A stretch of 64,000 bases of DNA, taken from NCBI GenBank assembly GCA_965603825.1, contig CBFDEM010000046.1:434001-498000 (forward strand), in the 5' to 3' direction. Within the stretch, counting starts at the first letter, position 1. Each line of letters starts with the position of its first letter. The notes under the pieces are model-generated. The model saw only the letters and a list, made by a program, of their open reading frames with translations, had not been told where the DNA came from and ran no database searches. This document shows positions 1 through 12,342 of this stretch, in pieces. The translations under genes were made by a program, and so were the position numbers. The DNA comes from Blepharisma stoltei ATCC 30299 (Eukaryota > Protista > Ciliophora).

Positions 1-595
1 ACTTAAGATTTAAAAGCAAATAAAAAACTAGTGAAATTTGTAAAAAATAATTTTTAAATTAGAACTCTTAGGCTGGTAAGAGAAGTAAAAGACAAATTTG
101 ATGCTATTTTTATATTTCGGTTTAATTATTGATTAATAGGGACTAAGATGTGAGAAAATTGGGTAAGGGTAAATAAGTAAAGACTTTTATTTAAGAAAAT
201 TAAATTTATAAAAGTTGCATGGGCGTTAAGGTCAAGATTGCTTCAAAATAAGCAGAGGAGAATTTTTAGAAATGGTGAGCATATTTACATTTCTTGAAAG
301 TCAGAAATATCAAATCTTTCGGAATTTTAAACTATAAAAGTATTTCGCAAATGCTCTATACAAATATATGGTAAAGAGATTGATATAAAAACTATTTAAA
401 CGAAAGAATTTAGATTTATTTATCTAAAAACCACTCAGAAATGCACAATTGCTAGCTGTTACATCTCTAAGTTGAATTACTTTAAATAATTATTATTCGG
501 CCATAGAAAAATTTCCTTTTTATAATTATTTACAACAAATTCATCGGCCATTTGTTGGAGAGATTTTTAATTCTAACTAAATTTAAGTTTTAAAT

Positions 596-961
596 TTAAT
601 TTTTACGTTTTTTCTCAGCAAGCTTCAAAACTTGAGGCACTTCTTTCGTCTTCACAAAATAGTTTATTCCGAGGGATGACAATAAGCATAAAACAATTGC
701 AAAATTCTTATATTTCGAAAACACCTTACAGAGAGTCGATAAGCTTTCTATTTTACTTGTATATTTTAGCAGAAATCTGAACAAGATATAGGCATAAATC
801 CCAAGTCTTGTAGACTGTGATATCAGCTTTTTTATATCGAAAGCAGCTGAGACTAGCCTTTTGGCTTCGTTTTCTTGATGCTGTTTGAGCATAAACTTCT
901 CATATCCTCCATCATCGCATTCATAGCACTCGTCTATTTCAGGTATTTTATCAAGAGCCAT
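596..961 (-). CDS. Hypothetical protein (121 aa) with hydrophobic C-terminal segments
   Basis: ATG..TAA ORF with AT-rich flanks; no recognised motif. Confidence 0.6.
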   Translation of the reverse strand: MALDKIPEIDECYECDDGGYEKFMLKQHQENEAKRLVSAAFDIKKLISQSTRLGIYAYILFRFLLKYTSKIESLSTLCKVFSKYKNFAIVLCLLSSLGINYFVKTKEVPQVLKLAEKKRKN

Positions 962-1017
962 TTATAATTATAGCGAATTATCTGGTTTAAAATATAGCAA
1001 TATGAAGCTGAGTTTTA

Positions 1018-1761
1018 TTATACTAAATAATCGTGAAGAATTTTATAACGGTCTGATTGGTCTCCAGGGTCGTTTCTTCTGTAAATCCTTAGCTTTTTTA
1101 CTGAAGGAATAACATCTGACTGTTGTTGAGGAATAACTACTTGCAAGTGCTTAATAGGTTTAAATTTCGTTTCAAGGCTTATTTGTGGAATATTTTCAAA
1201 ATCAGCTGAATCAGTTTGTTGGCTTTCGTCAATAAATTTTTTTACCTTATTTTTATTTTTAGCGAAAAAGTCTTTTAAAGATTCTGCACCAATTTCATGA
1301 ACTAGCATTGGGGATCGTAATTTATATCGGAACTCAGGAGATGGCGACCTTGATCCTGGAGTGGGGACTTCACTATATGTAAGAGGTAAATTTCTAAATG
1401 AGTCTAAATTGCTACGATTTGTAATAAATGATGTATCGATTTCTCTTCTGTCTGTAGTTGGAATCAAAGGAGGGAGGATTTTTGCTGATTTTTCAGATTT
1501 ATCCTGGTTTTGGTTCAAGTTTTCGTAATTTTGCTTAATCCTCATATAACTCACTGAAATCTTGCTTTTAAATATTCCGTTTGGGGATTTTGATATCCTG
1601 AAAGCAGGCAATTCAGGTCTTTTAATTTTTGGCTCACTTTCTTGTTTTGCCTTCTCTAAAAAGCTTTTTTCAATAATCCTTCGTTTAGGAGATACATAAA
1701 AGTGGCTATTTTTTTCGATTTTTAGAGGAGTTAGTGGGGTGAATTTATTTGTACTTTTCAT
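1018..1761 (-). CDS. Hypothetical low-complexity basic Ser/Pro-rich protein (247 aa)
   Basis: Long ATG..TAA ORF; composition typical of ciliate disordered proteins. Confidence 0.7.
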   Translation of the reverse strand: MKSTNKFTPLTPLKIEKNSHFYVSPKRRIIEKSFLEKAKQESEPKIKRPELPAFRISKSPNGIFKSKISVSYMRIKQNYENLNQNQDKSEKSAKILPPLIPTTDRREIDTSFITNRSNLDSFRNLPLTYSEVPTPGSRSPSPEFRYKLRSPMLVHEIGAESLKDFFAKNKNKVKKFIDESQQTDSADFENIPQISLETKFKPIKHLQVVIPQQQSDVIPSVKKLRIYRRNDPGDQSDRYKILHDYLV

Positions 1762-2031
1762 TAATGTTGGACATTAATTTTAATTATTTGGAAATTTTTC
1801 CAACTATTAATATAAGAATAATTCATATAATTATTCCTAATAATTATTTTATCAGAGCGAAATAAATTCCTGACCCGAATTATAATAATTTATTAAGACA
1901 AATATATTGCTTTCATTATTAAAAGTAACCAAAATTTACCAAAGATTAATTGAATTTGTCTTAACCAGTGCTACCAAAATTAGCTTTCATCAGAGCTTTT
2001 ATTTATTAATAGACTTAGTTGTGAAGAAGAT

Positions 2032-4107
2032 TTATCTAGTGATTTCTTTCTTAACAGACAAAATTTCTTCAACTGGCTCAACCTTTTCAAACCACCTATT
2101 TATTTCTTCCTCATCAGTCCTCTTCAATATCTGTGCTCTTTCATCACGAGTATTAATCCATTTTTCTCTATAAATATGTATTTGAGAAAAGAACTCGTCT
2201 TTCATTTTCATTTCTTTTGCTTTTTGTTCTTCTCTAGCAGCTCGTTTCACCTGCCTGTCTTCTTCCTCATATTTTGCTGCAAGTTCATCTAATTGGTTGA
2301 CGATTTTATCATAAATTTGTGGGTCAAGGATTGATTTTGGTCTTGGTCTCCATGAAAACTGATAGAACTTTTCTAATGCGGCCTGAGTTACGTCTGAGCC
2401 TTGGCAAGTGAAAATCACGTAGCCAGAGCCTTGTTGTTGTGTAGCTCTCTGTTGAATTCCTTGTAAGCTTCCTACAGAAATATATCTGCCACTTGGATCC
2501 CATTCTAAATAATTCATGTTCATGTGAACTCTTTCTTCAATTTGATATAAAGTTTGATTTTTCACACAGAAAAATTCAATCCTGCCTTCAGTGTTATTTT
2601 TTGCTGCAAAGCTATAAGTCACTAAATGCCCACCTTGTGGTGCCCAAGCAATAGTTGAGCATTTTGTGTCACATTGGTCAATTTTTTTAGTTTCCATTTT
2701 TTCCTTGCCGACTTCATAAACAACTAGAGTTTTTGCTGAATGGGCTCCAGAATAAATTAAGGCGAAGCGATTACTGTTAGGTTCCCAAGAGAAATTGCTA
2801 ACCACAAAGTCCAAATTTAAAGACTCAACTGGTATTCCTCTCTTTTTCATGTAGAAAATTTCAATGATACTGTTTTTAGGCTTCGGGTTATTCCTATGCT
2901 TTGTGGTGACCATCGAGACCAAGAATTCTCCATTATTCTGCCAAAATGAATAAAACCCAAGGGCTTCATAAACCATTCTAGTAGCAATCAGTTCTCTGCT
3001 TGGCACTGCTAATAGTCTTACTTGTGCTGGTTTAGCTTCACTTTCTCTTATATGAAGAGAAATTATATTATCCCCAGTGCTCCATGAAAATTCAGCAAGC
3101 TGCGGTATTGCAATTGGAGCTTTTTTGCCTTCGTTATCTTCTATCATAGCCATGGTTTCTGAGTTATAAACACTAATCATCTCATTTCCTTTTTTCGCAA
3201 CAAATTCTCCATTATAGCTGTATAGATAAGTCCCCCAAGGCTCGTCGTTTGCTTGGAAAGTTCTGATTTCTTCTCCTTTTTCTAAGCTCCAATGAATAAA
3301 TTGTCCTGAAGGCCCTGAGGAGTAAGTCATTAAATATCGTTCGCATGGGGAAAATTCAATCTGGCTGACTCCGTAATGGGAAAGCCTCATAATTTCTTCG
3401 AAGTTTGGTCCTCCCCAAAGGACAATGCCGCGCTGATGCAAAGTGGCGAGGTAAGTGCCTTGACTTGACCATTTTACATATTTGTCAGTCCAAACTTTGT
3501 CTGAAGGACCAGCTGTAATGAGATCTGGGGTTAATGAGATGGAGTCGTTCCAAAACACCTTTGTAAATTCATCATGGCGGATTACGAATTGGTCTCTGGA
3601 TCGGCGGTCTGTGAGCCAGCTTTTTAGTTCTTTTTGTGAGAAAACTCTAGGCTCCACATATTCTGAAGGAGTATCCATAAGCCTGTCAAACTCATCGAAT
3701 GACACCACAGTCAATGAGTGCTTTTTGTCAAAAGCCAGTCCATTACACTTGGCAACTGCTGTTTTCGCTAGTTCTTCGTCAGGAAAAGTGATAAATGCAA
3801 AGCATTGGCTTTTCCCATCGACCATTGGCATATATACTGCGCTTGGTTCAATTGGAACGACAGCTTTACTGATCACTTTTACAAGAACTTTTATTAAAAG
3901 ATCTTCTTTTTCAGCTGAGACTTCTGGTAAATTATCCACAATAACTCGATTCGTCCAGCGAAGTTCAAATAATGGCTTAGGCTCTAATAGAGGATCATTT
4001 CGCTCTTTCGCTTCACGTTTTTGGTCTTCAATATAGGCTTCATATTCTGGGTGATTTCGTAAAACATCTGAAAAATCGATGAGCTCGAGAGGATGCAGAT
4101 CTTCCAT
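2032..4107 (-). CDS. EIF3B: Translation initiation factor 3 subunit B
   Basis: N-terminal RRM (VIVDNLPEV...GLAFDKKH), WD/eIF2A propeller (WSSQGTYLATLHQRGIVLWGG, WDPSGRY, FSWRPRP), C-terminal coiled coil. Confidence 0.95.
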   Translation of the reverse strand: MEDLHPLELIDFSDVLRNHPEYEAYIEDQKREAKERNDPLLEPKPLFELRWTNRVIVDNLPEVSAEKEDLLIKVLVKVISKAVVPIEPSAVYMPMVDGKSQCFAFITFPDEELAKTAVAKCNGLAFDKKHSLTVVSFDEFDRLMDTPSEYVEPRVFSQKELKSWLTDRRSRDQFVIRHDEFTKVFWNDSISLTPDLITAGPSDKVWTDKYVKWSSQGTYLATLHQRGIVLWGGPNFEEIMRLSHYGVSQIEFSPCERYLMTYSSGPSGQFIHWSLEKGEEIRTFQANDEPWGTYLYSYNGEFVAKKGNEMISVYNSETMAMIEDNEGKKAPIAIPQLAEFSWSTGDNIISLHIRESEAKPAQVRLLAVPSRELIATRMVYEALGFYSFWQNNGEFLVSMVTTKHRNNPKPKNSIIEIFYMKKRGIPVESLNLDFVVSNFSWEPNSNRFALIYSGAHSAKTLVVYEVGKEKMETKKIDQCDTKCSTIAWAPQGGHLVTYSFAAKNNTEGRIEFFCVKNQTLYQIEERVHMNMNYLEWDPSGRYISVGSLQGIQQRATQQQGSGYVIFTCQGSDVTQAALEKFYQFSWRPRPKSILDPQIYDKIVNQLDELAAKYEEEDRQVKRAAREEQKAKEMKMKDEFFSQIHIYREKWINTRDERAQILKRTDEEEINRWFEKVEPVEEILSVKKEITR

Positions 4108-4158
4108 ATTTATAAGGTCTTAATAATACTTAGAGATTAAATAAAAGTATAATCAATG

Positions 4159-5253
4159 CTAAAACATTAGAACTAATAATCCACTGATCACAAGTGAGCT
4201 TGAAAATGAAAGGTTGTATTCAGCATCGGGGTCTGGGTTGCCATACTCGTCATATTCATCTTTAGAATTCCAAAAATTGGATGTATAAATCTGCATTACG
4301 CATTCGTCATTGTCCTGAATTTGTGAATACATCTGATACCATAGCCTGAAATAGGTGTATTCAAGAGCATGCTTGGTTGACCAGTGTGATTTCACACAAG
4401 CTGGGTTGTCCCTTCTCAGAGAATTGCAAAGTGTGACATTAGCATTTGAATACCAAGCTTTGAGAAGTTCGAAATAATTCGATGCAATTGGATCTCCAGG
4501 GAAAAGGCCACAGTATTTTATACCTTGAAATCCATATGAACACTGACAGGAGCTTCCATAGCCAATGCCTAAAGCAGGATCACCTTCTGAAAAGCAATCT
4601 CCGTCTGAGGTGCACATCATTGGAATTATTGATGCTGAGGCTACCGAACTTCCACAAACATTTGTTCCATTAATAGTCCCACAAAGTGTCGATTCGCATA
4701 ATAAATTGTAATGGTTCGCACACTGTGCGATCTCATCATCTACTTCAACTGACAGATACCCTACACATTGTCCAGTCCCATCTCCAGTTATGTTACATCC
4801 TGCGTTATTCACACACTCATAATCATTATGGCAACCATTTCCACCAATAGTGATTTGTGTTGCACATTTATTGGTCGTTGTTGAACAATAAAGCCCAGGG
4901 TTGCATTCGCCTGTTTGTGTGCAGGCTGTCCCAACTGTTTTTCCTTGACAAAATTTATTTTGGCAGGTTCCAAAAGCGCAAGTTATGTTTACATTGCAAG
5001 TTTCTCCTGGCCAAGCTTGCTGAGGAGTGTTTGGAATGGCTTCACATGAAGAATTGCCAGGAGATGTAATTGGAGGACAATATTGATCTTCTGGACAAAG
5101 AGATAAATAATAAGTTGTAGCTGTAAAATTGAAAATACATTGATCAGGCTCAAATTCAACTTTCTGAGGTTTGCACTGGTAGATGTTGCACTGAGCTGAT
5201 GCAAGAAATATAAGGGGAAACAAAAATAGCAACATTTTTGTATTTGTCACCAT
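4159..5253 (-). CDS. Cysteine-rich secreted/surface protein, probably GPI-anchored
   Basis: Signal peptide (MLLFLFPLIFLASA; ATG at 5253 or 5235), dense Cys repeats (C..GLYC, GC..DYEC), hydrophobic C-terminal tail. Confidence 0.8.
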   Translation of the reverse strand: MVTNTKMLLFLFPLIFLASAQCNIYQCKPQKVEFEPDQCIFNFTATTYYLSLCPEDQYCPPITSPGNSSCEAIPNTPQQAWPGETCNVNITCAFGTCQNKFCQGKTVGTACTQTGECNPGLYCSTTTNKCATQITIGGNGCHNDYECVNNAGCNITGDGTGQCVGYLSVEVDDEIAQCANHYNLLCESTLCGTINGTNVCGSSVASASIIPMMCTSDGDCFSEGDPALGIGYGSSCQCSYGFQGIKYCGLFPGDPIASNYFELLKAWYSNANVTLCNSLRRDNPACVKSHWSTKHALEYTYFRLWYQMYSQIQDNDECVMQIYTSNFWNSKDEYDEYGNPDPDAEYNLSFSSSLVISGLLVLMF

Positions 5254-5467
5254 GATATAGTAGAGTTTAAGATTCAAATAAGATTAACTGCTCATACAAA
5301 ATAGTTAATGATATAAGCATGAGGAGCTATTAAATAGCATTAAATCGTTTAAATTATATAAAATATTTCAATGCTAAGCCGCCTCTTATAAATTTCAGAA
5401 AAGAAGAATATTCATTTTTAACTTAATATTTAGCAGTTTTGAAGAAAATAGTTAAATATTTTAATGA

Positions 5468-7396
5468 TTAAATTCTTGCCCTGAGCTCTATCCTCAACAG
5501 TAGAAAAAATGCTAACACTCTTACTACAATGCCTATCAAAATTAGCCCAAGAAAAGCTTCTCATAATGTATCTGTGAACCCCAAAGTGTCAAGAGGATCG
5601 CAAGGGACACAGTTTGGCACTCCTTCACAGTTTTGGCAGTCAAGTTTTAAGTCTGTATACTCGTTAATTGCAAGGAGTTCAAACCCATACTTGAACGGTG
5701 ATATATAAGCAATTCATTTAAAAGCATCTACCATAGAGTCCAGATTTCCAAACAATCCTCCAAAAAGTACCAATGGGATTACTATCAAAGGTCCTCCAGC
5801 CATAGCCCCACTTTCAGTTGAAAATATGGTCCCTACAAAATACCCAAAGCCAGTCCCAACCATATGAAATAAAACCATACCAATCCAAAAAATGAAGAAT
5901 TTTGATGCATTGTAATTGTTTAATCCTATAGCTCAATATACCATTAAGCATTGAATCGTTATTGGGATTATTACACTTGGCATTTCTGAAATAGTTTTTG
6001 CTAAGTAATATGGTCCTGACCAATAAACTCTTTGCTGGGTTTCTTTTAGAAAAATAGGCCTCTCACTAGGAAATGCTAATGAAGAATTTTGACTTCCAAA
6101 AGTAATGGAGAGTAAGGAGAGTTCAAATAAAACTCCATTACGGTTCTGGATAGAGCGAGCGTCATGCCCTAAATTATTAAAAATCAAGTCTAAAATTACA
6201 GCCATTCCAATAGCCTGAATAAATTTAATTCTGGTAAATAAAGGATTCCTTATAGCATTGATTGCTGACCTTTTTAAAAGAGTCATAAATTTGCTATAAA
6301 ATCCAATTTTAAACTCTCCTTCCATTAAATTTATAGTACTTTCTTTATATTTTTCATCTGGGCCAATGTTTCCTTTTACCTCATCATATTTTTGCAATAT
6401 TCTATCATGCTTTGCTTTTTCCTTTTCTGTCCAGTCAAATCTATTTTTTATATGCAAAAGTCTCATAAAATAATCGCTTGGATTCACAAGACTTGGACAA
6501 CAAAATCCTAAATCAGCGAAATATTTTCTTGAATTTTTGGCAAGACCTTGATACACAGTATACCCTTCGCTTAACAGAATTAATTTATGAACTTTCCTAA
6601 AAATCGCTGTGCTTGGCTGATGAAGTGTGCAAAAAACAGTTTTCCCTTTTTCAGCTTGCCTTAAAAGTAGCTCAAAAACATTTTCAGCAGTCCAAGAATC
6701 AAGGCCAGATGTTGGCTCATCTAAAATCAAAATATTTGGGTCTGTGATTAATTCTATACCTATGCAAACTCTTCTCCTTTCACCTCCTGAAATTCCTTTT
6801 TTAGTCACTGATCCGATGACATTTTCAGATATTTTTTCAAGCATTAAATCAGAAAGAATTTTATTTACCCTTTCTTTATGGTCTTTTTTCGTCCCTGGGC
6901 ATCTTAGCATGCTCGAGAATAAAAGACTTTCTTTTACTGTAAGACTTGGCAATAAAATATCATCTTGTGTTACATAGGCTGAGTGGTATCCATAATTGAT
7001 AGATTTTATATCTTTTCCATTTACTGATACCATTCCAGAAATTTTCCCATATTTTGGGCGCTTAAACCTTCCTGAAAGGATATTTAACAGTGTTGTTTTG
7101 CCTGCACCTGAGGCTCCCATCATAACAGAAACTTCTTTAGGATTCACGAAGCCTGAGACTCCTTTTAAAATTTCTTGTTGTTTGTCATGAAATTTTATTG
7201 TGTATTTAATATCATTTCATTCTAAAAGCAATGATCTTTCGTTGGCTAAATTGATTTCGGAAAAATTATTATTTTCATTTACGTTGGCTGTAGAGCTATG
7301 CTGTTCTCTCAAAGAATTGCTCTTATCTGATGAATAACCGGATAATGCGCAATTATCATCAATGCTTGGGCTATCTATTAGAGATTTTTCCTCCAT
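5468..7396 (-). CDS. ABCG (White-family) half transporter, 642 aa, four in-frame TGA=Trp
   Basis: Walker A GASGAGKTT, signature ISGGERRR, LDEPTSGLD, ABC2 membrane domain; TGA at 7217, 5933, 5714, 5561 give LEW, VYW, KWIAYISPFKY, TLW; single frame from ATG 7396 to TAA 5468. Confidence 0.93.
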
Positions 7397-7680
7397 TATA
7401 TTTTAATTTTAATCAGAAATATATCATGTTAAAGACTGCAATTTTCACAAAAGGCTATTACCACCACAATTATTGAAATAAATAATTCCTGAGAGATTCT
7501 TATTTTATTTTTACTTTACAATTCATAGTTTTATAAAAAAATTTTATTTCTCCCATGATGGATTTCTGATCGTATTTCGATGCAAATTTTATCCATCAAA
7601 GCTAATATTTTGCCCATTTCGAATATTTTGAGTTTTGTTTTATTAATAATTAAACTATTTTTCTTATCAAAATATCGTAA

Positions 7681-8712
7681 ATGAGCTTTTCTCTTTATTA
7701 TGAAATATTTTATTTCATGGAATTTATTTCAAATGATCATATGTTTTCTCGAGCAGGGAAATCATCTACTGAGAAATTTCGAATTTTAAGTGAAAAAGAA
7801 AGAATAATTTCAAGGAGAATCCAATTCAAGGCTCCTTCAAGATTTTCATTTAATTCAAAACAAAAACAAACATATGAATCAATAAATAAATTAGCTAAAG
7901 AAGAAATAGAAAAGCTTAAAAAAGCTAAACAAGAAGAAAAAGAAATAATAAAGCATCAGACAACTTATAGTTTTAATGTCCAATCGAGAGATGACTATTA
8001 CGAAACTAAAGTATTATTTATTTAGAGAAACAAAGACAAAATCCCTCCTCCAGGCTGATATAATATATCCTATACACTAAAAGACCAAAAATACCTCATC
8101 CCAAAGCTGCATCCTGAAAAACAAGAAATTCGAGCTAAAACAACTAATAACACACCTACAAGATCATCATGAAAAGACTATAGTTTCCAACAGGCAGATC
8201 ATATTCCCAGTGCAATTCCTTTTCATAAGCAGCAAAGTCGAGAAAGTTACAGTCGAATTTCTAAAAAAACACCTAACGAAAAGCGCTTCCTAGTAAATAA
8301 TTTAACGCCTACTGTTTGTTCAAAATATAAAAGGACTAAATACCCTGACATGACTAAATACTTGCCAAGAGATGATTCTATGTATAATGCACCTTGCTAT
8401 AACCCTCAATATAACCCTAATAAAGAAGTTATTATGGAAAATTTAGGAAAAGTAGTAGATTTTGACAAAATGTTGAGAAGGCAAAGCTTATTTGATATAA
8501 AAGATATGCCGGACCAATATGATGCGTCATTTGATTATATAGATCCTCATAAAAAAGTGCTGGATTTTGGAAAATCACCACCAAGGTTTCAAGATGATGT
8601 GTCGCCTATGTCATTTACACAGACAGTAAATAAAAGTAGACAAGAATTAATCCGAGGCATTTTTACTACCCAATCAAATCCTGTGTTTGCACTTTATAGT
8701 AGTTTAACGTAA
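7681..8712 (+). CDS. Hypothetical protein with SHIPPO-like PPPGxY motif (possible microtubule/ciliary protein); one intron, two TGA=Trp
   Basis: ORFs 7681 and 8350 share a frame and join once the 15-nt intron 8011-8025 is removed and TGA is read as W; true start may be 7717 or 7741. Confidence 0.75.
8011..8025 (+). other. 15-nt spliceosomal intron GTATTATTTATTTAG
   Basis: GT..AG, A at position 10 (-6), contains the in-frame TAG. Confidence 0.85.
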
Positions 8713-8976
8713 AAAATGGCTGCAAATGTGTCTTACTGTTAATGATTCCGACATTGAATTTTAAAACCTGATCAATCCTGTGCTTTGCACAATGAAGCAT
8801 TTAGTACTTTTAAATCAGATAAGATGCACACAATAAATTTTAATAATGATTAGATAGGTGTTTAAGAAACTTTCTTGATTGAAAACGCTTCAGGGGATAT
8901 TAAAAAGTGAGATGATAATATAATAATTCTAAAATTTTATGGAAACTACAAAAAATAAAGATAGGCTATAAATTCA

Positions 8977-9729
8977 ATGATAAATACATTAGAACAAAAT
9001 TGCATCCAAGTTTTGACTGAAGAATCTGATAAGCTGCGTGATGCTCGTCCTTGGAGCCAGGAAAAAGTTATAAGTTCTTATGGCACCAAAATTAAATGTG
9101 TTTTAAAATCCCAAGACAAGCTTTCCAGTCCTCTGCAATTCAAAAAACGAAATTTTTGCATAAATTTTAACAAAGATAGCTTAAAGCCTATGAAGTTAAA
9201 TCTCGAGCTTCATCCAACTCAAGAAGAATCATTAATCAGGCTTTCAATGTTTCCAACTCCTCCAAAAGCAGATAAATGGTATTCACATAAACCAGATAAA
9301 AAATCTCCAGAATGCAAATGTAAATGCTTATCAATTGATAAAGGAATTTATACAAGCTTTAATATTGAAGACCATTGCGATTCTCCAGACTGTTTAATGA
9401 AAATACATAAACCACCCAAATCAATTTTGTCTTTCCCCAAAAGAGAACATGCAAGAATCCTATCATATACACCTAATGCACATAGGTTCCCAAGCCCGAA
9501 ATCTGATTATATATCTTTAAGACGTGCAGGCTGTAGGTCGACAAGCCCCGATTTTGTTATATCAAGGATACCTATAAGTGGCATTGGAAATCAAATCATA
9601 TCGCCAAACAAAACCGAAATCGATATTAAAAATAAAAGCTCAACTAAGATCCACGGGCTAAGGGGAGCAGATCTAACTTCACCAAGCGAACTAAAGCTCC
9701 CTTTAATATGCAGAAGTCTAATATATTAG
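8977..9729 (+). CDS. Hypothetical protein (250 aa)
   Basis: ATG..TAG ORF; no recognised domain. Confidence 0.7.
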   Translation: MINTLEQNCIQVLTEESDKLRDARPWSQEKVISSYGTKIKCVLKSQDKLSSPLQFKKRNFCINFNKDSLKPMKLNLELHPTQEESLIRLSMFPTPPKADKWYSHKPDKKSPECKCKCLSIDKGIYTSFNIEDHCDSPDCLMKIHKPPKSILSFPKREHARILSYTPNAHRFPSPKSDYISLRRAGCRSTSPDFVISRIPISGIGNQIISPNKTEIDIKNKSSTKIHGLRGADLTSPSELKLPLICRSLIY

Positions 9730-10130
9730 ATTCATTGTCAATTCCTTAATCTATTTAGCTTTATAATAGCGTCACCTAAGATAAATAATAATCAGACAAA
9801 TACTGTTATGTTCGCATAATTTAAATGCAATTGTAATTATAGATCAAAGTTTTAAAAAGATTAATTAATTCAAAAAATTAAAAATGATTATATCATTAGA
9901 AAGCCAGAATTAACTAGCTTATAAAATTTCTGAACTTATTTTTTATCATACTTTTGAATTTTAGATTAATGAACTTATTATTCTATTTTTAGATCTATCG
10001 TAATTTGTCTAAAAATTCATCATTACGGAACTATGATAGTGATAATTTATGAAGAATAGATATCATAATATAAAACTATAGAATTGAACAGCATCAATGC
10101 TTGTAAATATTATTTCCTAAAATCAATTAT

Positions 10131-11090
10131 TTAAAGCGCTGCTCCTCTTCCTTTAAAAGTTGACATTGCTTGATTGAAGCCCATTATGTGGGAAACATGA
10201 TCCATCCAAGTTGTCGGGAGGAATGCACGCATAACATAAGTCATATTGACAGCCGATGGCATTACCAAAACAGGCTCATTATGTCTTATAGCTTCCACAA
10301 TTCTTTTCCCTACCCATGTTTCATCTAGCAATGGGAATAAAAATCTCCAGCTTAATTTTACCCCTTCGAACATGCCTGTATTTATGAAATAAGGACAAAC
10401 ACAAGTAGTTTTCACCTTTGAATTCTTAAATCTCAGCTCAGATCTTAAAGCTTCATCTAGCCCAACAGCAGCGAACTTGGAAGCACAATAATCAACGAGA
10501 CCTCCAGTTCCTGATAGCCCTGCAGCTGAAGCGATTGTGACGATATGGCCTTTATCAGCTGCAATCATTGCTGGCAAAAATTCTTTAAGTGTATAAAAGT
10601 GAGAAATTACATTGACTTTCATTGTTCTTTCCATAACTTCGAGAGAGGTCTCTGTAAATGATTTTCCTGAGACTATTCCGGCGTTGTTGATTAGGATGGT
10701 TGGATCTCCGAATTGCTGTTTAGCTGTTTCAGCTGCTAGAGAGACTGAAGCCCTGTTAGTGACGTCACAATGGACAGCGATAGTCTGGTATCCCTTGCCA
10801 TTGAGCTCATCTCTTAATGCATTTGCAGCCTCTAAGTTGATATCAGCAATAATCACTTTAGCTCCCAAAGCAGCCAAATTTTTCGCTAATTGTTTTCCGA
10901 TTCCAGAAGCTGCTCCGGTTATAAAAGCAATTTCGCCTTTTATAGCCTTTCCTTGCCCTCTGACAACTTTTTTCCCAAACTTATAAATTAATAGCGAGGA
11001 AACTGCTCCAGCAGCGATTAATCCTTTAGTCCCTAAGACTTCTTTTGCCCGGTCGAAAAATTCTTTTGCTTTATTTGTGGCAGCTTCCAT
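10131..11090 (-). CDS. Short-chain dehydrogenase/reductase (retinol dehydrogenase / 17beta-HSD11-like)
   Basis: TGAASGIG, NNAG, YCASK, CPYFINTGMF motifs. Confidence 0.92.
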   Translation of the reverse strand: MEAATNKAKEFFDRAKEVLGTKGLIAAGAVSSLLIYKFGKKVVRGQGKAIKGEIAFITGAASGIGKQLAKNLAALGAKVIIADINLEAANALRDELNGKGYQTIAVHCDVTNRASVSLAAETAKQQFGDPTILINNAGIVSGKSFTETSLEVMERTMKVNVISHFYTLKEFLPAMIAADKGHIVTIASAAGLSGTGGLVDYCASKFAAVGLDEALRSELRFKNSKVKTTCVCPYFINTGMFEGVKLSWRFLFPLLDETWVGKRIVEAIRHNEPVLVMPSAVNMTYVMRAFLPTTWMDHVSHIMGFNQAMSTFKGRGAAL

Positions 11091-11583
11091 ATTTTTTATA
11101 CTTAATTTTGGAGATTACTTCTTTCAGGTTTTCCTTAAATATGGTGCTTTAAAGGCATTTTTTTATTTTACTTTAACAATAAATTTGCTTATTGTATTTA
11201 AACTTGTTCCTGAAATATCTAATCTTTGCATACAAGGAATTTTTATGTCTTTGCTTTTTTTATCCCCTCAAGATCTTTAGTATCTATTTTATCTTAAGAT
11301 CTCTTAAATCATATTTTAAGGTTATTAAGATTGATGAGAAAAGAAAATTTTAACTTTATTGGGATAGTTGATATATAACTATGTGATAATGCATAGGGAT
11401 ATTTCGTATGAACACTACTAGCGTCAAATAAATTTTGATAAGTTGGAGATTGAGCACATTTGGTCTCCACATGACAAATTTATGTTAATAGCACTCTAAT
11501 GAATTTTTAGCATATTAAGTTTACTTATATAAATAATCCTAAACCACACTTAAATAGGTTTAATGCGCTTTATTTATTTTAAC

Positions 11584-12342
11584 TTAAGCATATTTGCTAA
11601 CAGCATTCAGCTTTGAGCATGTTTCTTCTAGCAGTGATAACAACGTCTCTTCTGAAGTCTCTCTGTCTTTCCTTTCTTGATCAAGCTCTGCTTTTATCCT
11701 CGACACCACATCTCTAACCATTGCGAGTAGGGCTTCCTCTGTTTCCTCTCTAGCTTTTCTTTCCATGCCTAGTGTATTATTTAGTTCCCCTAAATCAATT
11801 TGCATTTTTTTCATCAAATTTGCTTCTAATTCTTCTCTTTCCCTCACTGAATTCTCCACAAATTCATAAAGTTTCGGCAGATCCTTACTAAAATATAATT
11901 TCGCTTCTCTTTCTGCTTCTTCACGCTGACGAATTTCTCTTAAAAGTTCATTTTTGATGCTCTCTATTCTTTCGTCAATAAGTCTTTGGGAGCGAATTTC
12001 ATTCTCTTTTCGTGAGTTTCCAGCTTTTACAATAATTTCATGCATGCGGTTCTGGATTTCCGATAGTTCACGTGATTTTACTTCGAAAAAGGCTTCACGT
12101 GTAGACCGTTCTTCATCAAGGGCTTTTTGGATTTTTAGGAGGTTGTCTTTTAAGGAGCCGAATTTCTTGGTGCTTTGTTCTTGGGATTCAAAAAGTTGCT
12201 CTTCTATTGTTTGAAGCTTTTTATCGATTGAATCTAAGCGAGATGTGCGATCCCCTTCGAGGGAGGTTTGGATTGAACTGAGCTTGGAAGATAGGCGATG
12301 AATTCGATCTCTGAAAGATGATTCAGAATGGTTTTTGCTCAT
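11584..12342 (-). CDS. SF-assemblin / beta-giardin family coiled-coil (striated fibre) protein
   Basis: About 250-aa coiled coil with repeated ERxxRE motifs and C-terminal EETLLSLLEETCSKL. Confidence 0.8.
   Translation of the reverse strand: MSKNHSESSFRDRIHRLSSKLSSIQTSLEGDRTSRLDSIDKKLQTIEEQLFESQEQSTKKFGSLKDNLLKIQKALDEERSTREAFFEVKSRELSEIQNRMHEIIVKAGNSRKENEIRSQRLIDERIESIKNELLREIRQREEAEREAKLYFSKDLPKLYEFVENSVREREELEANLMKKMQIDLGELNNTLGMERKAREETEEALLAMVRDVVSRIKAELDQERKDRETSEETLLSLLEETCSKLNAVSKYA

Noticed and set aside
3482-4036. Antisense and overlapping ORFs in the track (e.g. 3482, 6627, 10612, 11954, 25368, 27648, 56028, 57081)
   Set aside because: Shadows of well-supported genes on the opposite strand or frame, mostly with non-ATG starts
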